A DNA stretch of 64,000 nucleotides from positions 3,162,001-3,226,000 of the forward strand of contig CM069174.1 of NCBI GenBank assembly GCA_035221665.1, in the 5' to 3' direction. The DNA comes from Okamejei kenojei. Taxonomy: Eukaryota. Shown in pieces: positions 35,336 to 47,840 of this stretch (positions within the stretch are counted from its first letter, which is position 1; each line of letters begins with the position of its first letter). Both the position numbers and the translations under genes were made by a program. The notes under the pieces were generated by a model, which was not told where the DNA came from, ran no database searches, and saw only the letters and a list, made by a program, of their open reading frames with translations.

Positions 35336-35961
35336 CAGGGATCAAGTGTTGCATTATGATGAACGTAGCTTCAGACCTGGAGCTGTGTTGGTCAATGTGA
35401 ATGAAACTATTGCAGATGCTGGTATAAACTGAAGATCGTGTCTATCTTTGGGCAATATGAGCCTGTGCAATGTTGGTAGGTCAGTTAGTCATAACTTTTT
35501 TTTCAGAAGGTGCAGTTTTGCCCTTGCACGTTTCCTGACGGTTTTAAAATGCAAAGCCAGTTGTGACCTCAAGAAGCAACATTTGGGTGGTGGGTGTATG
35601 GAACGAGCTGCCGGAGCAGGTAGTTGAGGCTGGGACTATCCCAACGTTTAAGAAACAGTTGGACAGGTACATGGATAGGACTGGTTTGGAGGGATAAGGA
35701 CCAAATGCAGGCATGTGGGACTAGTGTAGCTGGGGCATGTTGACCGGTGTGGGCAAGTTGGGCTGAAGGGCCTGTTTCCACACTGTATCACTCTATGACT
35801 TTATTTGCTGAGTTTGAGATTCATTAACTGAGGAGGTTGCTTCAATGGATTCATTTTTAATTTGCTTCTTTTGTCTTGGTTATTGAGCGTGGCCTCAAGT
35901 ATCATTTAATAATTATGTTTGTACGATTGCTTTTGTCAGACCTTTGTGCAAACATTTGTTC

Positions 35962-36375
35962 CTGGTCGTTGTCCTGGCAATCCCTCGAGGTCGAGGATGA
36001 TGGTCTACGTTCTGTTGTTTTTACGGACCGTCAGGTGGCTTATGATTCCAATCCTGGCTTTGACAGTTCTTCGGCATTTGGGACAGGTAATTCCAGACGG
36101 CAGATCGGGCTTTGGTTGTTTCCGTTTTCTTCTCTTTTCTTCTAACTCTGCGCATCTCTTGGCTTCGAAGGTTGCTGTACCCTCTTGGATGATGCTTTGC
36201 CAGAGTTTCCTGTCCTTGGCATCGGTCTCCCAATTGTCGATGTCGATTTCACGTTTCTTCACGCTGGCTTTTAAGGCGGCTTTGAATCTCTTCTTTTGTC
36301 CGCCTCTTTTACGTTTGCCTTCTTTAAGCTGGGAGTAGAAGGTTCACTTTGGCAGACGCTCGTCTTCCACATACT
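35962..36375 (-). mobile_element. RTE-clade LINE 3' end
   Basis: Minus frame IDIDNWETDAKDRKLWQSIIQEG...CPKCRRTVKARIGIISH, then a short 3' UTR with CCTCGA/TCGAGG hairpin. Confidence 0.8.
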
Positions 36376-36599
36376 CTCGCAGTGTGGATAATGGATATTG
36401 CCCATGTAAACATGTCATGTTGCACCTACACCCTCCCACCAGTGGCGCCACTCTGGCATCTCAGCTTTGTGCCCCCCTCTTGGGCCCTTAGACAGGACAA
36501 CAGAGGAAATTCATCTTCATATTTCATATTTCCTTGTACCATAGAAGGAGGCCATTTGGCCCAACGAAACTATGCCAGCTGACTGGAAATCTTCCTCAT

Positions 36600-37450
36600 T
36601 AGAACAGAGAACATAAAACAGTATAGCATGGTAAAGGGCCCTTTGGCCCACAATGTCCGTGCTGTACATGATGCCAGGTTGCACTGATCTCCTCTGCCAG
36701 TATATGATCCAGATCCCTCCATTCCCTGCATATCCACGTGCCCATCTAAAAGCCTCTTAAACGCCACTATCGTATCTGCCTCCCCCACCACCCCTGGCAG
36801 CGCGTTCCAGGCACCCACCACCCTCTGTGTAAAAAAACCTGCCCCCCACATCTCCTTTAACCTTTCCCCCTCTCACCTTAAAGCTGCGCTCTCTACTGTT
36901 GGACATCTCCACCCTGGGGAAAAGGTTCTGACTGTCTACCCTATCTATGCCTCTCATAATGTTACACACTTCTATCAGGTCTCCCCTCAACCTCTGACGT
37001 TCCAGAGAAAACAATCCAAGTCTGTCCAACCTCTCCCTGTAGCTGAAACCCTCTAATCCCGGCAGCGTTCTGGTAAAGCTCCTCTGCACCCTCCCCAAAG
37101 CCCCCACATCCTTCCTGTAATGGGGGCGACCAGAACCGCACGCAATGCTCCAAATGTGGCCTGACCAGAGTCCTATAGAGCTGAATCGTGACTTCCTGAC
37201 TCTTATATTCAATGGCACTGGCAATGAAGGCAAGCATACCAATACGCCTTCTTTACCACCCTATCTACTTGTGCTGCCACCTTCAGTGAGCTGTGAACTT
37301 GAACTCCAAGGACCCTCTGCACATCAGTGCTGTTAAGAGTCTTGCCATTAACTGTAGACCCTCTCCTTACATTCAACCTCCCAAAGTGCTACACCTCACA
37401 CTTGCTCGGATTAAACTCTATCTGCCATTTCTCCGCCCATTTCTGCAGCC
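36600..37450 (-). mobile_element. CR1 LINE 3' region (~850 bp)
   Basis: LYRTLVRPHLEHCVRFWSP; LGRVQRSFTRTLPGLEGFSYRERLDRLGLFSLERQRLRGDLIEV; FFTQRVVGAWNALP. Confidence 0.92.
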
Positions 37451-37544
37451 CATTCCTCAGCAAACTTCACCTACGCCTAGAGAAGAAACCAAGATCCCCG
37501 TCAAGGCAAAATCGGTAAATTAAAAAAAAATGCTGGGATTTTAA

Positions 37545-37797
37545 GGATGCTGGAGTAACTCAGTGGGACAGGCAGCATCTCTGGAGAGAAGGAATGGGTG
37601 ACCCATTCGGTTGAGACCTTTCTTCAGACTGAAATGCCCATAAGGGTCTCAACCCGAAACGTCCATTAGTCTGACGAAGGGTCTTGACCCGAAACGTCAC
37701 CCATTCCTTCTCTCCAGAGATGCTGCCTGTCCCGCTAAGTTACTCCAGCATTTTGTGTATATCTTTGGTTTAAACTGTCTGCAGTTCCTTCCTACAC
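37545..37797. mobile_element. Head-to-head Penelope-like terminal repeats
   Basis: Inverted arms with one degenerate minus-strand hammerhead, one partial and one intact plus-strand hammerhead. Confidence 0.85.
37671..37698 (+). ncRNA. Minimal type I hammerhead ribozyme motif
   Basis: CUGACGA A GGGU CUUG ACCC GAAAC GUC; differences from other copies fall at the free N7 position and the loop. Confidence 0.75.
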
Positions 37798-37837
37798 AAC
37801 TAAATCGCATTGCTGTGTTCTGATACAGCTATACATT

Positions 37838-38372
37838 TAACCTAATTTGAAGAAGGACATTCTTGCTATTGAACGAGTGCAGCGTAGGTTTACAAGGTTA
37901 ATTCCCGGGATGGCGGGACTGTCATATGCTGAGTGAATGGAGCAGCTGGGCTTGTACACTCTGGAGTTTAGAAGGATGAGAGGATATCTCATTGAAACAT
38001 ATAAAATTGTTAAGGGCTTGGACACGCTGGAGGCAGGAAACATGTTCCCGATGTTGGGGGAGTCCAGAACCAGGGGCCACATTTTAACAATAAGGAGTAA
38101 GCCATTTAGAACGGAGACGAGGAAACACTTTTTCTCACAGAGAGTGGTGAGTCTGTGGAATTCTCTGTCTCGGAGGGCAGTGGAGGCAGGTTCTCTGGAT
38201 GCTTTCAAGAGAGAGCTAGATGGGGCTCTTAAAAATATCGGAGTCAGGGGATATGGGGAGAAGGCAGGAACGGGGTACTGATTGGGGATGATCAGCCATG
38301 ATCACATTGTATGGCGGTGCTGGTTCAAAGGGCCAAATGGCCTCCTCCTGCACCTGTTGTCTATTGTCTATT
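37838..38372 (+). mobile_element. CR1 LINE 3' end
   Basis: ORF 37937-38281 ...KHFFSQRVVSLWNSL...; (CTATTGT)n tail. Confidence 0.92.
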
Positions 38373-38386
38373 ATCTCAGTCTAGAT

Positions 38387-38600
38387 CAGGAGTTCCCAAC
38401 CTTTTTCGTCCCGTTTACCCCGGGCAACTTTAATAGCACATAACAATGTTATTTCACTTATTTATGAACTAATGAAGAACAGATACCGGTATACCGGAGC
38501 CAAACACAGTCAGTCAATGAGAAAAAAATATGTACAAATCCAGAATCAACTAATTCACCCTCTGGGTAGGCGAAATTGACCCCCTGGTTCGGAACCCTTG
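38387..38600. mobile_element. Non-autonomous hAT (Charlie-like) element
   Basis: TIRs CAGGAGTTCCCAACC / GGTTCGGAACCCTTG; 8-bp flanks GTCTAGAT / GTCTAAAC. Confidence 0.75.
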
Positions 38601-41089
38601 GTCTAAACCATGTGTCTCATGCCTTAATAGTATGGCGGAACTTGTGAAAGACTCAAGCGATTTATTGTTAATATATTGTCTGAAATAAATAAGAATGGGC
38701 TACATTCTGCGCTGACATTTTCTTTGTTGTCCTTTTGACCTGCTGTAATGGCGTGTTGTGTTGTCCAACGGGTGCATGAGAAAACATACAGCTTTTAGCA
38801 AGGAAAAACAATTTAAACTTATTTGGAGGCAACTGCTCAGATTATTAAAAAAACTTGCATCCTCATCGGAAACATTCTCTGGTGTCCTTCAGTCGCAGGT
38901 AGTTGAGCTCTCTTTCCAATTGCGTTTCTTTGCCCGTTTAAAATGTTGCTTAAATCTCCTTTGAAGGCATTTGGAGATGATTTAGAGACTGTAATTGCTG
39001 ACTGTGGAATCCAGGCTATTTGAAATTCCATTAAGGAACGAGGGAAGAAAAATCACACTGAATGTTTTAAAATGGATGATTACTTATTTTATGACAGCCA
39101 ATTGGATATTTAAGATATATGTGATTTCATAGGTTAAAAGGTGTTTTTTGAATCTTCAAGAGGTGGGTTCAGACCTGAGAATGAAGGAACTTAGGGGTCA
39201 TGTTTTAAGTGTTTTAATATTTTTTCGAGTAACTGGTAGGTGATTAGCGTAGATTATGGAGAGGTGCACTGTGTGTGCAGGTGGAGTTGGTGTACATAAA
39301 TCATTCTCAGCCCCTCCTGTTACCAAGACTGCTGTGCTGGTATACGCAGGTAGTTGTCTCCTTGAAGGAACTGTTCTATTTCTGCTCCACCTTGCAGTCC
39401 ACACCCTAATGATCAGCAGTGGTGTCACCCGAGGGACATGTGTGTAAACTACTTGCCAATTAGCTCTTGTTTCGGAGTGTTCATTAGCCGTGAGACGGAG
39501 GTTTTGGTGTTGGGTGGCCCTTTACAAATTGGGCCAAAGGGAAATGTAATTTCTTTTCTGCATGCTGTTTTCCAACAGCTGTGCCTGATTGATCTCGATG
39601 CCCGCATATAATGGCCATCCACGGTTGCCAGGTGATGCCATGAATACGAACACTTCCTCTCCCAGCCTGCACTGTTGGAGATATATTTGTGGTAAATTCT
39701 CAATAGCTGCCTCCTTGCACGAGAACAGGAGGGACCAGATGAACCTGTTTGTTCACCCACTGCGATAGAACTTGCAATGCGGCTTTTGGGGACCTTGTTA
39801 CATGGCTCCTAACTGCTCTTAAAAGGATTGCGGCATTCGTGAGCGTTGGTTGAAAAACAGGGCTGTCTGGTTTCGAAGATAGGCCCAAAATGCTGGAGTA
39901 ACTCAGCGGGACAGGCAGCATCTCTGGAGAGAAGGAATGGGCGACATTTCGGGTCGAGACCCTTCTACTTTCCTTCTGTGGCCCCACGTCCTCTCTTAAC
40001 AATAGCGGTCGGGATATGGGGAGAAGGCAGGAACGGGGTACTGATTGGGGATGATCAGTCATGATCACATTGAATGGCGGTGCTGGCTCGAAGGGCCAAA
40101 TGGCCTACTCCTGCACCTATTGTCTATTGTCTATTGTCCTTTCAGGAATTGCTCACCAGCATTTAGGTTGGGGTTTATTATTATCATGTGTCAGAGTATT
40201 GAGTATAGAGGTTGGGAGGTGTGTTAGTTGTAGGCCAAAGCCCAGACGAAGGCAACTGTGATTTCAGCAAAGCATTTGTAGGATCAGGCTGTGTCTTCAG
40301 TGCGAGCGGAGCAAGCTGTGAGTGTGCAGTAGGCTGGCTGACTGAATAAAGAGCATCAAGAGTTTCTGACATATATATATATATATATACACACACAAAA
40401 AGAACAAAACAATAATAGTAGCAAGAAACAAAACCAATGCCCCCAAGTCTATGGAGGTTATTTGGAGGTTGTAGTGTTTAATAGCCTGATGGTTGTGGGG
40501 AAGGAGCTGTTCCTGAACCTGGACGTTACAGTTTTCAGGCTCCTGTACCTTCTTCCCGATGGCAAGGGTGGAATGAGAGCGTGGCCAGGGTGGTGTGGGT
40601 CTCTGATGATGCTGGCTGCCTTGTTGAGACAGCGACTCCTATTACAAGTGGAGTCGCTGTCTCAAATCTTAGTTTATTGTAACACATTTATTTTTTTTAA
40701 CTTTGTAATAATTCTATACAACATATTATTGCTATAGTTATTATTATGTGACTACTAATTATATCGTTCTTGTTCTTGTGTGGGATGTGGGCTGGACAGT
40801 CGCCTCCCACTTTAATTTTGGTTCCTACCAGCAATTGTATTTGGGACTTACTTTGTGTGGCGCAGGAAGTGCCCTGGAGGACGTGTTGAGTTACCTGCTA
40901 CTGTGATTACCTGTGATTAAAGAACAGCAATGAACCCAATTGTGGCCTGATCATTCCCCACTGCCCAGAGAGACTGGAATGATTCAACTGCAAAAAACCT
41001 AGGGCTACACAAGTTTAGCTGACGTTGTTCAGCATCCGTGAAAACTGGTTCTACCGTGGGTAAACCAGGTGTTTGCCAGGCCACTTTTT

Positions 41090-41368
41090 TAGTTTGCGTT
41101 TAGTTTGGAGATCCTGTGCGGAAACAGGCCCTTCGGCCCACCAAGTCCGCACTGACCAGCGATCCCCGCGCACCAGAATTTACAATTTTACCAAGCCAAT
41201 TAACCTGCAAGCTTGCATGTCTTTGTAGTGTGGGAGGTAACCGGAGCACCCGGAGAAAACCCACGGGGAGAACGTACAAACTCCGTACAGACAGCACCCG
41301 TGGTCAGGATGGAACCCGGATCCCTGGCGCTGTGAGGCAGCAGCTCTCCCGCTGCGCCCCCGTGCAGC
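41090..41368 (-). mobile_element. V-SINE (HE1-like)
   Basis: Reverse complement of the consensus. Confidence 0.85.
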
Positions 41369-41804
41369 CCTGTGGTTACAAATCTCACCAATGATGTATT
41401 TTGGACATTGCAAAGAGGTCACATAACTGGTTGAGCTCAAACCGTAGCATACAGTGACCCTTGTTGTTTTTGTATTCTGGCTTCACACAGCCACACGCAA
41501 AGGTGGCCATAAGGATGAGGACCATGATGGGGCTTAGCTGCTCCTCCTTTCTCTGGAGACGGTATTTCAGGCTTTCTGCAACAATGCAAGAAAGCATTCA
41601 ACGTTTATCGCAACGCAACTGTCGGCACGTACAACATGGTGCTGCCAATCTGCAGAATACTGTAAAGTACTTTAGGTTAAAACTTCGAGCTGCGTGCAAG
41701 ACTGTGCCATGCGCTGTACATAAAATGTAATATGTCAGTATATATTTGGCACCTTGGTGCCGTATTCCTGTGGTTAAATTTAAAAAAAAGACTGTGCCAT
41801 CCGT

Positions 41805-42090
41805 GGGCGTCACGGGGGCGCAGCGGTAGAGTTGCTGCCTCACAGCGCCAGAGACCCGGGCTCCATCCCGACCACTGGTCCGGCCTGCGCAGAGTTGGCA
41901 CGTTCGCCCCGTGGACTGCGTGGGTTTTCTCCGGGTGCTCCGGTTTCCTGCCACACTCCAAAGACGTACGGGTTTGTAGGTTAATTGGCTTCTGTAAAAT
42001 TGTGTGTCAGAGAGAACCAGTGTATGGGGTGATCGCTGGTCGGTGCTGACTCGGAGGGCCGAAGAGCCTGTTTCCGCGCTGTATCTAAAT
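41805..42090 (+). mobile_element. V-SINE (HE1-like)
   Basis: Consensus match. Confidence 0.85.
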
Positions 42091-43044
42091 TCCCACTTTT
42101 GCGTGTTTACATTGCCTTGACATCTCACAGAGTCGCTTCCACTAGCAGAAGCTGCACACAGACAATTCAGTGATGTGGACATTGCTGATGCCTCTGTGAA
42201 GGTGCGAGCAGCGATCGTATGGTGATCTGCCAGCATAACACTGACTTAAACGCAGAAGGATAATTGGGCCAATGTTATCGCCCTCATGCCTCTTACAAAT
42301 TGGCACGATCGTCTTTTTTTTAAAGTAGCTTCACTTATCACATAAGCTACCGAGATGCGGGGAGTTTGGATCAACAGCGTTGAATGTAAACTAGTCTGCG
42401 CTCCAAATTTAGAGTTGTTAGCAGCGCTGGCAACTATTGAAAGCAAAATATCACTGTAGACCTTCTAATAACACAAGGATTTTGGCGACGACTTGTTCTA
42501 TTTTACTTCAGCGGCCTGAATTCACATTCAGGGCAAAGCAACTGCATAATTTAAATGACTTTCTGACACACTCTCTTTATTCTCTGCAAATGGAAGCATA
42601 ATCTGAATATAAATTCGCAGCAGTGGCCATCTATCAGTGAAATGCAAAGTAGGAATGCAGTGGTCAGGTTCAATGGTGCCAGAATTTGCATAAGCAGAGA
42701 TTGGTTTATGTTATGGAACAAAAATCCTCAAGTGTTAGTTGGTTAACTCATTTCAATGCATATATCTGTTGATTTAGCAAATGTCCTGTGACAGCTTATG
42801 GGCACCTCATTGCCAATTCAGTGTGATCACGATGGGAGCATTCGACCGGGCTAATTTGTCCCACCATGTGGGGATCCCGCCACTGGAATCTGTGTTTGTG
42901 GGCCTTTTAAGATGGGGAAAAATACATTTGTGAGTACCAGGTCAGGTCCTAACGAGCAGCCACAATAATCAAAGACTTGTTCCCATTAAAGCCATTCCTT
43001 GTTCTCCCCGCTCCGGTTGGACAGAAGATGCAGAAGGGTTTACA

Positions 43045-43432
43045 CTTTAGAGATACGGCCCGGAAACAGGCCCTTCGGCCCACCGAGTCCGCGCCGACCA
43101 GCGATCACTGGCATTATTCTACACGCACTCGGGACAATGTGGGGCAGCACAGTGGCGCAGGCTTGTCCCTAATGCGTGTGGGATAGTGCAAGTGTGCGGG
43201 GATCGCTGGTCGGTGCGGACTCGGTGGGCCGAAGGGCCTGTTTCCGCGCTGTATCTCTCAACTAAGCTAAACTTACAATTTTACTGAGGCCATTTGATCT
43301 ACAAACCTGCACGTCTTTGGAGTGTGGGAGAAAACCGGAGCACCCGGAGAAAACCCACGCGGGTCACGGGGAGAACGTGCAAACTCTGTACAGACAGCGC
43401 CCGTAGTCGGGATGGAACCCGGATCTCTGGCG
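43045..43432. mobile_element. Nested V-SINEs in opposite orientation
   Basis: Minus-strand SINE interrupted by an internally deleted plus-strand SINE (~43140-43272). Confidence 0.7.
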
Positions 43433-44880
43433 CGGGGGGGGGGGGGGGGGGGGATGCAATGAGGGGCACTGTTGCCATGTTTCCACTGGCCATTCTTTTA
43501 TTCATTAATGTGCCAACTAGAATGTATATATGTCTGTCAGTATGGCGATTTCTATGGCAAACTAAACAAATCACAACGCCCAGCTGTGAAGTGACTGCAG
43601 TTTAACGTGAAGTAGTTTGATGAGGTGCAAGTTAAACCAGCTCATTGGCAGGATTGTGCATTTTATTTCCCCCCCGCCTGCGAATCGGTCTTCAAATCAG
43701 GGGGATTGCTAGCTTTTCCAATATGTCAGCAGCTCCTTGATGCAAGAGCGACCCTTTGCTTCATTGCTATTTAATGCCATTGGTGTGCGAGCTCTAAGGG
43801 CATCTACACCCCACCTCAGGCAAATATCCAGGAAGGAACTGCAGATGCTGGTTTAAACTGAAGAGAGACACAAAGTGCTGGAGCCACTCAGCAGGCAAAT
43901 ATCATCAGCTTGAAAACCTGCCTCTCTGCTCAGACGTGAGTCCAGGTGCCTGATAGATGTTACATGTGAGAAGGTCCTGTTATCTCTGGAGAAACTATGC
44001 TCTTTGAGAGATGCAAAGTATTCTCTATCCTGGCACATTGCACTGGAAGCGGGCAGCAAATGAGTGGCTTTTCAATTAGCAAATGCTTAAGATTAGTTGA
44101 GTTTATTGTCACGCGTACTGAGGTATAGTGAAAAGCTTTTGTCGCGTGCTATCCAGTCAGCAGAAAGACTATGCATGATACACACTCTATTACGATCGAG
44201 CCGCCCAAAGTGTGCAGATACAGGCTGCAAGGAATAACATTTAGTGCAAGATAACATGCAAGTCAAGTCCAATTGAAGATAGTCCGAGGGTCACCAATGA
44301 GGTTGATGGGAGGTCAGGACCGCTCTCTAGTTGGTGAGAGGACGGTTCAGTTGTCTGGTAACAGCCGGGAAGAAACTGTCCCTGGATCTGGAGGTAGCCA
44401 AAAACGCTGGAGAAACTCAGCGGGTGAGGCAGCATCTATGGAGCGAAGGAAATAGGCAACGTTTCCGGTCGAAACTCTTCTTCAGATCTTGAATCTGGAA
44501 GCGTGTGTTTTCACACTTCTGTACCTCTTGCCCGATGGGAGAGGGGAGAAGAGGGAGTGGCCGGGGTGAGACTGGTCCGTGATGATGCTGCTGGCCTTGC
44601 CGAGGCAGCGTGAGGTGTAGATGGAGACGATGGACTCCAATCTTTCAATCCTTTACCACATACTGCCAGGTGAATGTTGGATAACTGAGGAGATGGGTGC
44701 AGGAAAACGTGGGCCTTTATGTAACATACTGAATTCAACCAGTGTCCACAAGGAAGTTGGTATGGTCTTGGAGACCAAACCTCCAGAAAGGTGAAGCCAG
44801 AAATCTTAAGCCTGAAAGATTGAGTGAGTGGAAGATTCGTGAATATGGACCACGGGGGGAAATTTGTGCCTTATGGAAAC

Positions 44881-45279
44881 CAAAGATCCTATAGCGGAGC
44901 AAGTAGCCCACTCCTTCTAAATGCAATGGGCTGACGTGTAGTACGCAACGGAGTGGAATGTGGGCCTTTTTTTCATCCATTTCAGTAACCCGACCCGACC
45001 TGACCCGACACACGCAGTATAATCAACGTTGCGGGGGAACAGTTTGTGTTAATAAATTACAATTCTGAAAATAAGGAGAAGATTTTTCCCAATTAACTTT
45101 TATTTTTACGAGGATGTTTCCGTAACCGGCTTCCGTGTCCGCACTATTATCCTATGGGTCTTTGGTGCGGAGACGGAAGCCGGTGACGGAAATGGGGCCG
45201 AAAATTACCCATGAATTACCCATGGCCGTACTACGTATTTTTCGTCGAGTGGCCTATCTTGCTCGCTGTAGGATCTTTG
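44881..45279. mobile_element. Non-autonomous DNA transposon, CAAAG...CTTTG ends, 8-bp TSD (P- or hAT-like)
   Basis: ~33-bp TIR CAAAGATCCTATAGCGGAGCAAG / CTTGCTCGCTGTAGGATCTTTG; perfect TSD ATGGAAAC at 44873-44880 and 45280-45287. Confidence 0.88.
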
Positions 45280-46274
45280 ATGGAAACTGGCATGGCAAGA
45301 AAGAAGAGTTCTTTGAAGGCAAGGATTTTGAAAACTTAATTGGTGGGATCTGCAGCAGGCCAACAAGGCCAGCATGTAATGCCCGCCCCAAACAGCTCTT
45401 GAGAAATTGCTGTCCTTTATTCATATGATCATAAGTGATAGGAGCAGAATTAGGCCATTCGACCCATCAAGTCTACTCCACCTTGGAGAAATCCCACGCA
45501 GTCACAGGGAGAACGTACTAACTCCGTACAGACAAGCACCCGTAGTCAGGATCAAACCCGAGCCTCTGGCGCTGCGCCACCGTGCCGCCCGTCTACACTA
45601 GTCATAGAGTCTTACAGCATGGAAACAGGCCCTTCGGCCCAACTTGCCCACGCCGACCAACATGTCCCATCTGCACTAGTCATGGAATGATACAGCGAGG
45701 AAGCAGGCCCTTCGGCCCATGTTGCCCAGGCCAACCAACATACCCCATCTACAGTACACTAGTCCCACCTGCAAGCCTGTGGCCCATATCCCTCATATCA
45801 GGTAAGTGACATTTCATCAGAATGCCATCTTCATCTGGTTGCGAATGTCTGGGTAGATAGGCGTTTGTTCCTTTCAGACGAGTATTTGTGGATTTCAAGG
45901 AAATTTCTGTGAAGATTCCCGGGGAAATTTGGCTTCATTTATTTACATGCGAATGCACTGGCCTGCGGTAAGATTTTTCCTGCATTATTTATTTTTGCAT
46001 ATTTTTCCTCCTTTGATGGCAGTTTCCTTAGAAGCTGTGGTGGAGTTAGTCATGCCAGCTCCTATCAGATCCACCCTGTTTAATCGTATGCGACACGTTT
46101 GAAATTCAAATCAATTCTTAAGATGCTTGAAAGCCCCATACCCATTATAACCTAGTGAAACAGTAACTGGTTACATCGCAGCAAATCTACACCCTGGCAT
46201 TACCAGTTTGCCAGACACAAAATGCTGGAGCAGCTCAGCGGGACAGGCAGCATCTCTGGAGAGAAGGAATGGGT

Positions 46275-46302
46275 GACGTTTCGGGTCGAGACCCTTCTTC
46301 AG
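46275..46302 (-). ncRNA. Minimal type I hammerhead ribozyme motif
   Basis: Minus strand CUGAAGA A GGGU CUCG ACCC GAAAC GUC within a Penelope-like terminal repeat (46213-46305). Confidence 0.75.
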
Positions 46303-46736
46303 ACTCTTCAGGCAAATGATCAGTTTGCTACCCTACCACAATTTAAAATTTTTGCATGTTATTTTTTAATTTTCTTTGCTGGTACATTAATATTCACAAA
46401 GAGGAGAACAACACTAATGGCACTCCGAATGTAACCGTGTTGAGAAGATGATACCACGCCCTCGTCTCCACAGGCACGATAAATTCAGGCTTCACTCCAT
46501 GAGCAGCTTCCAGCTATTTTCCTATCCTGTCGAGCCTCGTGACGGAAAGAGCAATTCTTCAAAACATTATGTTAAACTGCTTGTGTGGAAGTTAGCGAGT
46601 ATGTCGAAGTTGTGTTGGTAACTCATAGAAACATAGAAACAGAGAAAATAGGTGCAGGAGGAGGCCATTCGTGCCTTCGAGCCTGCACTGCCATTCATTG
46701 TGATCATGGCTGATCGTCCCCAATCAATAACCCGTG

Positions 46737-46790
46737 GGGGTGGACGATTGCAACCTTCACGTGGGCCGCCCTGTTTCGACTCATGCAATC
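46737..46790 (+). ncRNA. HDV-like ribozyme motif (copy 2)
   Basis: GGGGUGG AC GAUUGCA ACC UUCACGU GGG CCGCCCU G UUUCGA CUCA UGCAAUC; P1 with G1-U wobble, 7-bp P2. Confidence 0.75.
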
Positions 46791-46875
46791 AACTCGACGT
46801 GCACAAATGGAAGATCAAATAGAACAAGTTGTCCAACAACTTTAGGCTGTGCACGCCGCACGAAAGAAGAAGTAG
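46737..46875 (+). mobile_element. 139-bp non-autonomous retroposon with a 5' HDV-like ribozyme (copy 2)
   Basis: TSD AATAACCCGTG (46726-46736, 46876-46886); tail GAAAGAAGAAGTAG. Confidence 0.9.
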
Positions 46876-47389
46876 AATAACCCGTGCCTGCCTTCTCCCC
46901 ATATCCCTTGACTCCACTAGCCCCTAGAGCTCTATCCATTAAATCCACCCAGTGATTTGGCCTCCACTGACCTCAAGGCAGTGAATTCCACAAATTCACA
47001 ACTCTCTGGGTGAAAAAGTTTTTTCTCACCTCAGTCTTAAATGACCTCCCCTTTATTCTAAGACTGTGGTCCCTGGTCATTTTTCCTGCATCTAGCTTGT
47101 CCAGTCCTTTTATAATTTTATATGTTTCTATAAAATCCCCCACTCATCCTTCTAAACTCCAGTGAACACAAGCCTAGTCTTTTCAAATACAAGCCAAGTC
47201 TTTCCAAACAGTGAGATAACATTTCTGAGGCAGTTCAGTTGCACCTTCTTTGATTTTCCGTCTCCTCCCAGCCCAGAATGGATTATTCCGAGTAAACCCA
47301 TCCTTAGAAACGATTAATACATTAGCAAGGCTTCATTTTGATGACGTTATGAGAGGGATGGGCAACGCTTGTAATGGTAGTAATGCTGG

Positions 47390-47840
47390 TAGAGATATGC
47401 GTGGAAACAGGCCCTTCAGCCCACCGAGTCCGTGCCGACACTAGCACTATCCTACACACTTGAGGCAGTTTACTAATGTTGTCCAAGCCAATTAACCTAC
47501 CAACCTGTACGTTCTTGGAGTGTGGTAGGAAACCGGAGCGCCCGGAGAAAACCCACGCAGGTCACAATAGACAATAGGTGCAGGAGTAACCCATTCGGCC
47601 CTTCGAGCCAGCACCACCATTCCTGCTTTCTCCCCATATCCCCTGACTCAGCTATCTTTAACAGCCCTATCTAGCTCTCTCTTGAAAGTATCCAGAGAAC
47701 CGGCCTCCACCGCCCTCTGAGGCAGAGAATTCCACGGGGAGAACGTACAAACTCCATACAGACAGAACCCGTAGTCAGGATGGAACCCGGGTCTCCGGCG
47801 CTGTCAGCGAGCAACTCTACCGCTGCGCCACCGTGCCACC
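47390..47840 (-). mobile_element. V-SINE interrupted by a CR1 3' fragment (~47567-47735)
   Basis: SINE halves join at ...GCAGGTCAC / CACGGGGAGAACG... Confidence 0.8.

Larger units (their letters stand above)
46625..47185 (-). mobile_element. CR1 LINE 3' end (host of the HDV element copy 2)
   Basis: CR1 3' UTR and (TTTCTATG)n tail on the minus strand, interrupted at 46737-46875. Confidence 0.85.
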
